NCBI GenBank assembly: GCA_038845265.1
Contig: JAWBQR010000011.1
Span: 1 to 36,621, forward strand
Length of the DNA: 36,621 bases
Source of the DNA: Nitrososphaerota archaeon
GTDB taxonomy: Archaea > Thermoproteota > Nitrososphaeria_A > Caldarchaeales > Calditenuaceae
Direction of reading: 5' to 3'
Shown here: positions 1-8,773 of the stretch, in pieces
Numbering within the stretch: position 1 is the first letter of the stretch
How the letters are laid out: each line of letters begins with the position of its first letter
Translations under genes and position numbers: made by a program
The notes under the pieces: generated by a model
What the model saw: the letters and a program-made list of their open reading frames with translations, nothing else
What the model was told of the DNA's origin: nothing
Database searches by the model: none

Positions 1-886
1 CCGTAGACATTACTGGCAATCCGCATGCAAGTGCCTCAACAACAACATTCGGGAACCCCTCCCACAGTGATGATAGACAGAAGAGGGTGCTCCGAGCCAT
101 ATACTTAAATGGATTACTCTTCCAGCCAAGGAAAAAAACTTTATCTTTTAATCCTAGTTCAGTGACAAGCCCCTCTAAATAGCCTCTTAACGGTCCGTCT
201 CCGATGAAGACGAGTTTGCAATCAGGCAGAACTTCGCTAACAGGTTTAAAGGAGCGTATGAGATGCCACTGGCCCTTCTGCACATCTAGTCTTGCACATG
301 ATACAATTACCGGAAAACTGAATAGTATTCGCTCCCCATTATCTAGCGGCTCTTCGACTAATTGACATATCTGATCAATATCAATTGGATTATAGACTAA
401 CAAAATATTTCTTGCAGGTATCTTATAATGAGTAATTAAATATTCTGATATGGCCTCAGAAATTGTAAATATTTTTCTCGGCAGTCTATATAGAATTCTA
501 GTCTTTATCCAATACGGAATCTTTCCACTTAAACCACGTATAGGCGGATTATAGGGATGAGTCTCTATCCTGAAAAATCTCTTAATACCTAAACAAAAAG
601 ACACGAGATTACGTCCCCTGCTTTTACAGCCAAGCATTGCGTCAACTCTTTCATATAACGATAATTTGTAAAGAGAAATAAGTGACCTGAGAAAATCTAA
701 TGGTGCCCCTCTCTTATAATTTTTTATTAAATATACCTTTGATCTCAATGGATATGATACACCTCGCTCCAAAACAGCAAAGATTACCTCAACGTCAGGA
801 GGAGCAAAGAGTGAAAGAAGAGATAACACCCTCTGTACCCCTCCACCGTATAATTTATCCGTAACAATAAGCAGTTTCTTTCTCAC
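1..886 (-). CDS. Glycosyltransferase family 4 (GT-B), 3' end truncated by window edge; not in ORF track
   Basis: Manual translation from GTG at 886 gives MRKKLLIVTDKLYGGGVQRVV...; the same frame at the window edge reads SLWEGFPNVVVEALACGLPVMST, the GT4 E-x7-E motif. Confidence 0.9.
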   Translation of the reverse strand, partial: MRKKLLIVTDKLYGGGVQRVLSLLSLFAPPDVEVIFAVLERGVSYPLRSKVYLIKNYKRGAPLDFLRSLISLYKLSLYERVDAMLGCKSRGRNLVSFCLGIKRFFRIETHPYNPPIRGLSGKIPYWIKTRILYRLPRKIFTISEAISEYLITHYKIPARNILLVYNPIDIDQICQLVEEPLDNGERILFSFPVIVSCARLDVQKGQWHLIRSFKPVSEVLPDCKLVFIGDGPLRGYLEGLVTELGLKDKVFFLGWKSNPFKYMARSTLFCLSSLWEGFPNVVVEALACGLPVMST

Positions 887-957
887 AAACTTTATTACAA
901 ACAAAGATAAAAATTAAGATTTCTATACTGTAAGGTTAGCTGGGCCTTTGTCAGAAA

Positions 958-1229
958 ATGTTCAAAGTAGCAGTGTTTAGGGGAAAAGACTATGGAGATA
1001 AAAAGGTGCTCGTTCAGGCTACATGTCCAAGCGGAAGACAAGCCATTAGAATATTTACTGAGAAGCTCTTCAAAATTATGAAAAAGCTTATCTAAGAGCC
1101 GTGAAGACAAGATGGGGTGATGAGAACCTTAGCTACAGTCTACAACTCCTAAGAGAAGGAGCCAAGAAGCTACGCTTAACTTTGGAAATCCTAGTTAAAA
1201 TTCCGGCTATTATCAGTATTTTGAGATGA
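958..1229 (+). pseudogene. Possible ~90-codon gene split by a -1 frameshift, function unknown
   Basis: ORF 958-1095 (MFKVAVFRGKDYGDKKVLVQATCPSG...) overlaps an open -1 frame 1062-1229 whose TGA forms an ATGA overlap with the flippase start. Confidence 0.3.
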
Positions 1230-2731
1230 GTAGGGCTAGGCTGAGACTCGCCGGCGCCATCTCTTTCACCTCGCAGGTTCTCGGATACATAATCGGAATA
1301 CTCTTCACAGCAATGGTCTCGAGACGACTATCAGAGAGAGAATTCGGAGCCTGGGCATACATAGGAACACTCCTAAGCTACGCAGTAACACCCACAGACC
1401 TCTTCGCGACCTGGATATACAGAGAGGCGGCCAGAGGCAGAAAAATACTCGGACATGCAGTCCTCCTAAACGCGCCAATACTCTTCACAGCAATCTTACT
1501 GTACATCGCATTCAGCGACAGAGCAGCAGCCTCAGCAGGACTACAACCCCAGTTAGTCCTACTAGGCCTAATAACACTACCACCACTCTACCTAACAACA
1601 GCAATAACAGACATAGCAAAAGGCTACGTCCCACAACACGTCGGCATCTCATCAATAATCTTCGAAACATCAAAACTAATACTCGGAATACTACTAGTAG
1701 CCCAGCTAAGACTAGGACTACAAGGAGCATTCACAACACTATCCATAGCCTACACTCTCCAACTCGTCTACCTACTCACAAGAATCAAACCACTAGCATC
1801 GAGACAAATAGACCTCACAACAATCAAGAGATGGATAAGAGGCTCAATATTCAAACTCGTTAGCCTCGCATCAGGCTACATATCACAACTCGACATAATC
1901 CTAATGACAACCATAACGACAACCACACTGATAACAGGATACTGGCAAGCAGCACTCCTCATCGCAATAATGGTCAAATCAACAGGAGACCTAATGGGAG
2001 GACTAACTCAGAGACTACTGGCAGGAGGAGACCAAAGAGACATCGACAAATCATTCACGTTCACAATGACCATCGCAGCACCAGCACTACTCGGAGCAAT
2101 AATCCTTGGAGGAGACATACTCTACGCATTCAGACCAACATACGCCTCAGCCTGGCCAGCAGCAGCAATACTAGCAGCAAGCACCTTCATCGGAATACTC
2201 ACAAACTTCTACTCATCAGCAATATTCGCGTCAGATAAATTCGACATAAAAGAAGACACACCATTAAAAGAATTCGCAAAAAGCCGAGTCTTCCAACTCT
2301 GGAGAATAGGCCTCTACACAGCAGCAGCATACACCGCACTAATAGCAGCCACCCTACTAATCCTCCAAACAAAAAATACAGAAATATTAACAATTATAAC
2401 CGCCATAGCCACAATACATCTAGCCATTAGTACAGCCCGACTCATAATATACAGAAAACTATCAGAGAAATACACACCTCATAGACCAAAACTAAAAACC
2501 GCATCACCATACATAGCAGCCTCACTAATAATGGCAGCAATACTCCTCCTTTCCAGGACATTAATAGACCCAAGAGCACCAAGATTAGCAGAGACGCTCC
2601 CACCCCTATTTTTACTGGTAACCCTAGGAGCAACAACATACTTCATCATCTTATATTTCATGAGCAAAGACTTCAAAATCCTCCTAAATGACATTAGAGC
2701 CTTCCTGAGAAGCCATATGATAAAAATATAA
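1226..2731 (+). CDS. Polysaccharide/oligosaccharide flippase (Wzx/MOP-superfamily membrane protein)
   Basis: 501 aa with many hydrophobic segments; N-terminal 'VSRRLSEREFGAW' matches the Polysacc_synt R-x-L-x3-E-F-G pattern; next to a GT4 gene. Confidence 0.8.
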   Translation: MSRARLRLAGAISFTSQVLGYIIGILFTAMVSRRLSEREFGAWAYIGTLLSYAVTPTDLFATWIYREAARGRKILGHAVLLNAPILFTAILLYIAFSDRAAASAGLQPQLVLLGLITLPPLYLTTAITDIAKGYVPQHVGISSIIFETSKLILGILLVAQLRLGLQGAFTTLSIAYTLQLVYLLTRIKPLASRQIDLTTIKRWIRGSIFKLVSLASGYISQLDIILMTTITTTTLITGYWQAALLIAIMVKSTGDLMGGLTQRLLAGGDQRDIDKSFTFTMTIAAPALLGAIILGGDILYAFRPTYASAWPAAAILAASTFIGILTNFYSSAIFASDKFDIKEDTPLKEFAKSRVFQLWRIGLYTAAAYTALIAATLLILQTKNTEILTIITAIATIHLAISTARLIIYRKLSEKYTPHRPKLKTASPYIAASLIMAAILLLSRTLIDPRAPRLAETLPPLFLLVTLGATTYFIILYFMSKDFKILLNDIRAFLRSHMIKI

Positions 2732-2758
2732 AATAAAAAATACATAAATTATTGAAAA

Positions 2759-3178
2759 TTACCGATACTCAACGATCTTTTCAGCAACAATCTTCATAAT
2801 TATACGTTTCTGTCCAGGCCTTCTAAATGGATGCTTTTCAACACCCATATACCTCTTTGCTAATTTGTCTATGTGTTCTTCAGCACCATCAACAGTCAGA
2901 TTCGATACTCTGCCTCTTATCTCCACATATTGAAGTGGATTTAGATGATCTACCACGACGAGTGAAACTCTCGGATCTCTCTTTACGTTAAGGTGCTTTA
3001 CCCTACCAATCACTGTATTAACAAGCACAATGTCCCCCTCTCTATCAACATACACCGGGCTGAGATGCGGCGACCCATCAGGCATAAGAGTTGCCAAGAT
3101 ACCTATATTCCTACCATCAATAAGCCATCTAGCAAACTCAGTAAGCCCCATCTCGAATAGTAATGAACATAAAGACAC
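2759..3178 (-). CDS. PPOX-class F420-dependent oxidoreductase (split beta-barrel); true start may be ATG 3151
   Basis: LATLMPDGSPHLSPV, K-x2-N-x-KRDPRVSL, YVEIRG, IDKLAKRY motifs. Confidence 0.9.
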   Translation of the reverse strand: MSLCSLLFEMGLTEFARWLIDGRNIGILATLMPDGSPHLSPVYVDREGDIVLVNTVIGRVKHLNVKRDPRVSLVVVDHLNPLQYVEIRGRVSNLTVDGAEEHIDKLAKRYMGVEKHPFRRPGQKRIIMKIVAEKIVEYR

Positions 3179-3212
3179 ATTTAAGCATTAGAAAATATCC
3201 ACACTCTTGGCA

Positions 3213-4382
3213 CTACAATTTTAGCTCTTCAATGCTCGCTAAGGTCTCCTCGACCGCCCCGTCTAGTCCCAGCCTATTCCACTCATCCATAAGTTCTGCA
3301 GGACTACACTTAGTAGAGGGGCTTCTTACAAGTATGGAGCAACAATCCTTATACTCCATAATCGAGAAACTATAAGTACCAATCTTCTTGGCTAGCTCGG
3401 TGATCTCTTCCTTATCCATGCCTATCAGTGGCCTATAAATGGGTAGCGAAATACCAACAGACGCTGAATATAGATTATCAAGTGTCTGAGACGCAACCTG
3501 ACCCAACGAATCGCCTGTCACAATGCCAAGCGCACCAATATTCATAGCTAATTTCTCAGCAACTTTAAGAATGAATCTCCTAAAGAGTGGCAGCTCGATT
3601 CTTGGGTCAGCGCTCATCGATGCCTTCATGAAGGGAATGAATGATGCTAGGAAAAGTCTTAAATCGGGGGAGTAGTTCTTTAAGACTTCGAAGAGGCTCA
3701 CAATCTTGCTTATTCTAACTTGTTCGATGCTTGGTAATGCATAGAAATGTAGCAGGTCTACGCGGCATCCTCGCTTCATCATGAGCCAGCTAGCTACTGG
3801 CGAGTCAATTCCACCCGAGAAGAGCGATAATACTCTTCCGCTTGTACCTACTGGAAGGCCACCGGGTCCTTCATGTCTATTCCAGATTATTATTGCCTCT
3901 GATGGGAGTATTGATATGTATAGTGTTTTTTGTGGGTTTTTTAGATTGACTCGTGCTCCTACTTGTTTGATTATTTCTGCTCCTATTTCACGCTCTATTT
4001 CTAGTGATGTTAGGCTGTATGATTTGTCGACTCTTGTTGCTTTGATTCTGAATGTTTCGTCTGGTTTGATGTGTTGTTTTGCGATTTCGACTGCTGTCTC
4101 TTTTAGTGAGTCTATGTCTTTTGGGATTGAGTATCCCTCGCCTATCCACTTTATTCCGAATACTTTCTTCAGCTTGTTTATTATGTTGATTGTTTGTTGG
4201 TTGTCCGTATCGTCGAGGTAGATTAGGAGTCTTCCTGGTCTTCTTTTGATCTTGATGTTTTGGTTGAGGATTTTTTCTGCGTTTTTTATGAGTTTGGTCT
4301 CGTATTGTTTTCTGTTTGTTCCTTTTAGTGCTATCTCTGAGTAGTGGATTGCGATTATTCTTTTTTCTTTTTGTTCTGTCAC
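3213..4382 (-). CDS. thiI: tRNA 4-thiouridine(8) synthase ThiI/TtuI (THUMP + PP-loop)
   Basis: YSEIALKG-x-NR, GPGGLPVGTSG, PP-loop SGGIDSPVA, TGDSLGQVASQT, RPLIGMDKEEI, DCC. Confidence 0.96.
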   Translation of the reverse strand: MTEQKEKRIIAIHYSEIALKGTNRKQYETKLIKNAEKILNQNIKIKRRPGRLLIYLDDTDNQQTINIINKLKKVFGIKWIGEGYSIPKDIDSLKETAVEIAKQHIKPDETFRIKATRVDKSYSLTSLEIEREIGAEIIKQVGARVNLKNPQKTLYISILPSEAIIIWNRHEGPGGLPVGTSGRVLSLFSGGIDSPVASWLMMKRGCRVDLLHFYALPSIEQVRISKIVSLFEVLKNYSPDLRLFLASFIPFMKASMSADPRIELPLFRRFILKVAEKLAMNIGALGIVTGDSLGQVASQTLDNLYSASVGISLPIYRPLIGMDKEEITELAKKIGTYSFSIMEYKDCCSILVRSPSTKCSPAELMDEWNRLGLDGAVEETLASIEELKL

Positions 4383-4428
4383 TTCTTTTCTATGTGTTGT
4401 TTGTCTTTTGTGAATATGAATCTTTAAG

Positions 4429-5703
4429 TTGGGGGTTGTGTATTATTTATTAGTTGTGGGGGTTTTGGGTTTGGAGGATGTGCCGGTTATTCTGGGGTCT
4501 GAGAGGGTTTTGGAGCGTGTGGTTTGTCCTGTCTGTCGTAATGTTGCTAGGTTTTGTAGGTTGTCTGTCTGTCCGTATTATAGGGGTGTCTATGAGGGTA
4601 TTCGTCGTTCTCTTTCGTCTGACGTGTTGTTTGGGCCTTCTCCTCCCGCGGTTCTTTTTGGCGAGTGGGGTTATCCGAGGGTTTTTGGTGGTTCTTGTGT
4701 CTCTTTTGTTGAGGGTGTTGAGCCTGGTCTTCTTGAGTCTCCGAGGAGTTGGCTGGATTTGTCGATTGATGATTTGTTGAGTCTTAGGCTTGGTCTTGTT
4801 CTCGGTAGGTTGAGGATGCCTGTTGTTGGTGCTCGGAGGCCTAGTAGGGTTTTGAGTGCTATTCAGGAGTCTGCGCTTTCATTTCTGCCGGTTGATGTTG
4901 AGTTGAGGGTTGTTGGTGGGTTTAGGGCGAGGCCTGGGTTTGGTGTTAGGGCTATGCCGCATGGGCCTTCTGTGAGGATTGATGATGTTAGGGTTGTTGG
5001 TAATGTTTCTGCTCCTAGGAGTGTTGAGAGTCTTGTTGGTGATGTGGATGTTTCTGCTGCTGTGGCTGTTGGTGAGCTTTATCGTCGTGGTGTTGATGAG
5101 TATTATTTGTCTAGGGTTTTTTCTGCTGGTCTTCTTGGTAGGAGGGCTGAGCGGCGGCTTGTTCCGACTGAGTGGAGTATTACTGCGATTGATGATTTGG
5201 TTGGTAGGATGCTTTTGAGGAGGGTTAAGGAGTTGAGGGTTATTGGTGAGTTTCGTGTTTATGAGGCTTCTGCTTTGTTTAATTCTGTCTTTGTTGTCTT
5301 GGTTCCTTTTCCATGGATGTTTGAGTTGCTTGAGGGTTGGGTTCGTTTTTTTGATGAGTCGCCTTATGTTGATTTTGAGTTTTATTGGGGTCGTAGTGAT
5401 TATGCTTCTGGGACTGGTGGGGCTTATTATGCGGTTAGGCTTTCTGTTTTGAGGTATCTTGTCTCTCGTGGTGAGCAGGCTGGTGCTGTTGTGTTTTTTG
5501 AGGTTGATCGTGGGTGGGTTCCTCTTGGTGTTTGGAGGTTTAGGGAGTTGACGAGGAGGGCTTTGGAGTCTGGTTTTCGTAGGTTTGGTTCTCTTGAGGA
5601 GGCGTTAGGGTATGTTGGGCCTAGGCTTAGGATTCCGTTGGGGAGGTATTTGTCGAGGAGTCGTTTGGTTCCTTTTATTAGGGGTCAGGCGAGGCTGGCT
5701 TGA
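4429..5703 (+). CDS. nre: Nre-family DNA repair protein (start probably slightly downstream, ~4471)
   Basis: N-terminal CxxC-x6-C-x4-CP, GPSPPAVLFG-x2-GYP, RRLVPTEWSITAIDD, GGAYYA-x-R, PLGVW, C-terminal PIP-like QARL. Confidence 0.88.
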   Translation: MGVVYYLLVVGVLGLEDVPVILGSERVLERVVCPVCRNVARFCRLSVCPYYRGVYEGIRRSLSSDVLFGPSPPAVLFGEWGYPRVFGGSCVSFVEGVEPGLLESPRSWLDLSIDDLLSLRLGLVLGRLRMPVVGARRPSRVLSAIQESALSFLPVDVELRVVGGFRARPGFGVRAMPHGPSVRIDDVRVVGNVSAPRSVESLVGDVDVSAAVAVGELYRRGVDEYYLSRVFSAGLLGRRAERRLVPTEWSITAIDDLVGRMLLRRVKELRVIGEFRVYEASALFNSVFVVLVPFPWMFELLEGWVRFFDESPYVDFEFYWGRSDYASGTGGAYYAVRLSVLRYLVSRGEQAGAVVFFEVDRGWVPLGVWRFRELTRRALESGFRRFGSLEEALGYVGPRLRIPLGRYLSRSRLVPFIRGQARLA

Positions 5704-5717
5704 TTTTTGGGTTAAGG

Positions 5718-5748
5718 TTTTTATTGGGTCTTTTATTCGGTATTGAGT
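5718..5748 (+). promoter_or_regulatory. Putative tRNA-Gly(GCC) promoter (TATA-like TTTTTATT plus TATTGAGT element)
   Basis: AT-rich box about 30 nt upstream of the tRNA; the 8-mer is shared with the other tRNA promoter. Confidence 0.5.
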
Positions 5749-5750
5749 GA

Positions 5751-5824
5751 GCGGCCGTAGTCTAGTCTGGTAGGACACCAGCCTGCCACGCTGGGGGTCC
5801 CGGGTTCAAATCCCGGCGGCCGCA
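5751..5824 (+). tRNA. tRNA-Gly(GCC), no intron, CCA not encoded
   Basis: Acceptor GCGGCCG/CGGCCGC-A, anticodon stem CCAGC/GCTGG with loop CT-GCC-AC, T arm CCGGG-TTCAAAT-CCCGG. Confidence 0.97.
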
Positions 5825-5841
5825 GTTGTTAAGTGCCTGTG

Positions 5842-5860
5842 ATTTTTTTCAATTTTTGCT
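5842..5860 (+). terminator. Oligo-T tracts downstream of tRNA-Gly(GCC)
   Basis: ATTTTTTTCAATTTTTGCT about 18 nt after the tRNA, consistent with archaeal intrinsic termination. Confidence 0.45.
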
Positions 5861-6018
5861 TAACAGTTTTTATTTCGTCTTTATGCTTCTCGGTAGGTTT
5901 TGTGTTTCTTTTCATTTTTCTTCGTTCTAGTATATATCACGATGTTGTAATTATAGTGTTTGTAGTAATTAAATAATTAATTATTTTTGAGTGGTTTGTT
6001 GGGTTTTAGGTGTATGTT

Positions 6019-6252
6019 TTATACTCGTCGGAGTTTTTGTAGTATTTCTATTGGAAGTTTTATTTCTATCTTGTTTGCGTCTTGGTCGTACGCTATTATT
6101 TCATCTTCTTTTTCTGCTGCGCATATTCTGTGTTTTCCGCTGCATATTGGGTATGTCTCGCTTAGGCCGCACATGCATATCCATACATTTTCACCGCTTT
6201 GGGTCGTGTATCTGTAGGGTCTTTTGGCTGTATGTATGACTATCCTGGCCAT
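6019..6252 (-). CDS. CDGSH-type iron-sulfur domain protein
   Basis: W-I-C-M-C-G-L-S-x2-Y-P-I-C-S-G-K-H fits the C-x-C-x2-S-x3-P-x-C-D-G-S-H consensus with variations. Confidence 0.88.
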   Translation of the reverse strand: MARIVIHTAKRPYRYTTQSGENVWICMCGLSETYPICSGKHRICAAEKEDEIIAYDQDANKIEIKLPIEILQKLRRV

Positions 6253-6348
6253 GATTATATTTTGTTCTGATTATTATAAAAATTTTTTGATAAATCTCTT
6301 CTCCGTATTGTTAAAAAATTGGTTTGGATTACTAATGTTTTTTGGATT

Positions 6349-7104
6349 TTATTTTACTGGTCTTCCGCATTTGCCGCAGAATTTGTCTTCTGGGTTTAGG
6401 GGGTTTCCGCAGTAGCCGCAGAACAGCCTTGCTGGTGTCGTTACTGGTGCTGCTGGCACAATCGTTGTTGATTCGTATATGTTTGAGGCTGACCTGCCGA
6501 CGAAGACCATTAAGACTGGTGAGAGTATGAGGGATATGAGCCATCCGATGTATGGTATGAATGAGAGTCCGCCCAGTATTAATCCTATTACGAATATTAC
6601 GACTATCCATAGAATATAGTTAAGCCAGCCTATGGCTTTGATTTTCGATAGTATTGCGTTGAAGTCGAACGCGTCTCCTAGTTTTCCCTTCTTGACCATG
6701 TGGACTATCGCCATGAGTGCTATAATCATTATGAAGAAGGCAAAAATCAGTCCTATGGCGACCAATATACTGCCTATGACTCCGAGCCCTGGCGTGGGCG
6801 TTAATATGCCGGCAACTATCGTCGAGGCCATTCCAGCAGCAAGCAGGGCTATCGGCACTATCATGTAGATGAGTGAGACGACGAAGATTTTCGCGCCGTC
6901 TACCCAGAGTTCTCCGTATTTCTCGAGGGGTGGCGGGGCATTGCTTTTTGGTGATTCTCTTATAACTTTTGCAAAGTAACCAGAGACGATGAAGTTGACT
7001 ATCGGAATTATGTTCAGAACTATGAGGATTGCGAGTCTCCCGATGTCTTTGAATAGCTTGGACGTATAGTCGAATGACTCTCTTAGATTTTCTTCTAGTC
7101 TCAT
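6349..7104 (-). CDS. DUF4013-like membrane protein with C-terminal zinc ribbon (start placed at ATG 7104)
   Basis: IIPIVNFIVSGY...P-P-L-E-K-Y-G-E-L-W-V-D-G pattern, several TM helices, C-terminal CGYCG...FCGKCG; GGAGGGG SD-like motif before ATG 7104. Confidence 0.8.
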   Translation of the reverse strand: MRLEENLRESFDYTSKLFKDIGRLAILIVLNIIPIVNFIVSGYFAKVIRESPKSNAPPPLEKYGELWVDGAKIFVVSLIYMIVPIALLAAGMASTIVAGILTPTPGLGVIGSILVAIGLIFAFFIMIIALMAIVHMVKKGKLGDAFDFNAILSKIKAIGWLNYILWIVVIFVIGLILGGLSFIPYIGWLISLILSPVLMVFVGRSASNIYESTTIVPAAPVTTPARLFCGYCGNPLNPEDKFCGKCGRPVK

Positions 7105-7109
7105 CTTTA

Positions 7110-7460
7110 TTACCCCTCCAGCCTTGAGCCGCATCTTGTGCAGTATAGTAGTTCAGGCTCGTTTGTCTTTCCACATTTTGGACAAATTTTCGTTGATGAC
7201 GTAGCGGTTTGGGTTGGCTCTGATGGCTTTTCTGGAGTTGTTGACTTGACAAGAATTACGTCTCCGAATGCAAGTATTTGGGATGAGGGTATTGCTTCCT
7301 CTCCACCGTCTCCAGACTTATCATATATCAAGACAATTTTTCCCTCCGGGTCGTATCCAATATCTTTAACCTTGCCGAGCCGCATAGCGGCATCAGATAT
7401 GATGTCCTTGCCTATAATTTCATCCCTTCTGAAATATTTTTTACTCAGAACAATCACCAA
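7110..7460 (-). CDS. PRC-barrel domain protein with C-terminal zinc ribbon
   Basis: IIGKDII-x5-LGKVKDIGYD...IP-x3-I-x-AFGDVILV (PRC barrel), P/T/S-rich linker, CPKCG...YCTRCG. Confidence 0.85.
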   Translation of the reverse strand: MVIVLSKKYFRRDEIIGKDIISDAAMRLGKVKDIGYDPEGKIVLIYDKSGDGGEEAIPSSQILAFGDVILVKSTTPEKPSEPTQTATSSTKICPKCGKTNEPELLYCTRCGSRLEG

Positions 7461-7491
7461 CCTATTACGTATTATAGGATATTTGTGCTGC

Positions 7492-8610
7492 TTATAAATT
7501 TTTAAACTTAAAGAAATTTTCTTTCCGATCGATTTTTAGTTTTTTATTTAGTCCGCCAATGTATACGTGGTCGAGGACCGTTCCGACTGCATCTTTTATC
7601 TTCATGTGTTCCACTAGACTTCTTGATTTTCCGCCTGCCAGCCCATCTGCGATGAGTGCCGCTCCCTGTGCGGCTGCCTTTGCCTTTGCTTGAAGCCCGA
7701 TTAATTTTTCGACTCTGGCTATATCGTAGATTCTCTTGCTTATTTCTTCGTAAATCTCGGGGATGTTGCTGAGTCTTCCGGATATGATGATTGCTTCTGG
7801 CTTCTTGACAGCTGCTTGAAGTGCTCTCACCGTCTTTTCGAGTCCCTCCATGAATGCTTCCCATGCAAGTCTTGCCCTAGGTTCTGTCTTGGCTCTTTTC
7901 GGGAAGTCTTCGGGTGTGAGACTGTCGTCTCCTACGATTGTCCTTACGCCGCCTGTGAAGAGTGTCGCCTTGCTGATGCCTCCAAGCAGGTATGCGACCT
8001 CGCCGTCTAGTGCGCCAGAGGTCAGAAAGCCTGGGCCAGCTCTTGTCCCTCCGATTCCGTCGACTATTCTTCCATTCTCTATTGCTATACCCGCGTTGTA
8101 TCCGAAGCCTATCTCAAGGAGAATTAATGAGACTTTATCAAACGGTACTCCATGCCTCTCGGAGTAGTCATATACAGCTAGAACTGCGCAGCAGAGCTTA
8201 TCTGCAGTCCCCATGTCTATTGCATTTACTTTCCTGTGCGTCGGCACTGTTGGTAGATGGACTACACCCGGGATAAAAATAACGTTGAGCCCATTTTCTT
8301 TTAGGAGTTTCACCGCCTTCGTGAGTCCAGTAAGTACGGGGATCTCGGCATCATCGGGCCTGACTAACACCATCTGGAAGATATCCTCCTCACTTATTTG
8401 GGATATGTGCTTTATGGGTAGTCCATAGCCAGAGGGGCCGACGACTAGGTCAAGTGGTCTTGCATCTGTTAGTAGTTTGACGAGAGATTCAGGGTTCTCC
8501 GCTATCTCTCTCGATGGTATTGACTCGTCGAGAAAGACCTTGCCGTCCTCCAGGCCGAGAATATCAAAGCTCCGAGTTCCCGGGTCAATACCTACGACTC
8601 GAATAGCCAT
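7492..8610 (-). CDS. DUF1464 family protein (ASKHA-fold, butyrate-kinase-like)
   Basis: VVGIDPGTRSFD, GPSGYG, PGVVHLPTVP-x-HRKVNAIDMGTADK, IVDGIGGT, AAQGAALIADGLAGG. Confidence 0.9.
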   Translation of the reverse strand: MAIRVVGIDPGTRSFDILGLEDGKVFLDESIPSREIAENPESLVKLLTDARPLDLVVGPSGYGLPIKHISQISEEDIFQMVLVRPDDAEIPVLTGLTKAVKLLKENGLNVIFIPGVVHLPTVPTHRKVNAIDMGTADKLCCAVLAVYDYSERHGVPFDKVSLILLEIGFGYNAGIAIENGRIVDGIGGTRAGPGFLTSGALDGEVAYLLGGISKATLFTGGVRTIVGDDSLTPEDFPKRAKTEPRARLAWEAFMEGLEKTVRALQAAVKKPEAIIISGRLSNIPEIYEEISKRIYDIARVEKLIGLQAKAKAAAQGAALIADGLAGGKSRSLVEHMKIKDAVGTVLDHVYIGGLNKKLKIDRKENFFKFKNL

Positions 8611-8773
8611 ACATCTAATACCGATACGGCCCGCTATTTAGTCTAAAACATAAATGCTCTTTCTTCTGAAACCTTCGAGAAAGCCTCTTCGATATTTTTT
8701 CAGTTAAACATGGGAATTCGTTAAGAATCTTTATTAAAAATTGACTTTTTCCATTTTTTAAAAAACTTATTAG

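Noticed and set aside
895-1110. 71-aa minus-strand ORF
   Set aside because: No recognisable motif; antisense to the better-supported split + strand frame
1512-2745. Several Leu/Val-rich minus-strand ORFs that look like membrane peptides
   Set aside because: Antisense shadows of the flippase, produced by the A+C skew
4454-5452. Hydrophobic alternative-frame ORFs inside nre
   Set aside because: A-depleted sequence lacks stop codons; composition artefact
5971-5986. 16-bp palindrome AAATAATTAATTATTT
   Set aside because: A/T-only sequence in an AT-rich convergent spacer; likely chance or terminator-related
6620-7252. 210-aa alternative-frame ORF across the PRC-barrel and DUF4013 genes
   Set aside because: Arg/His/Gln-rich off-frame shadow of two motif-supported genes
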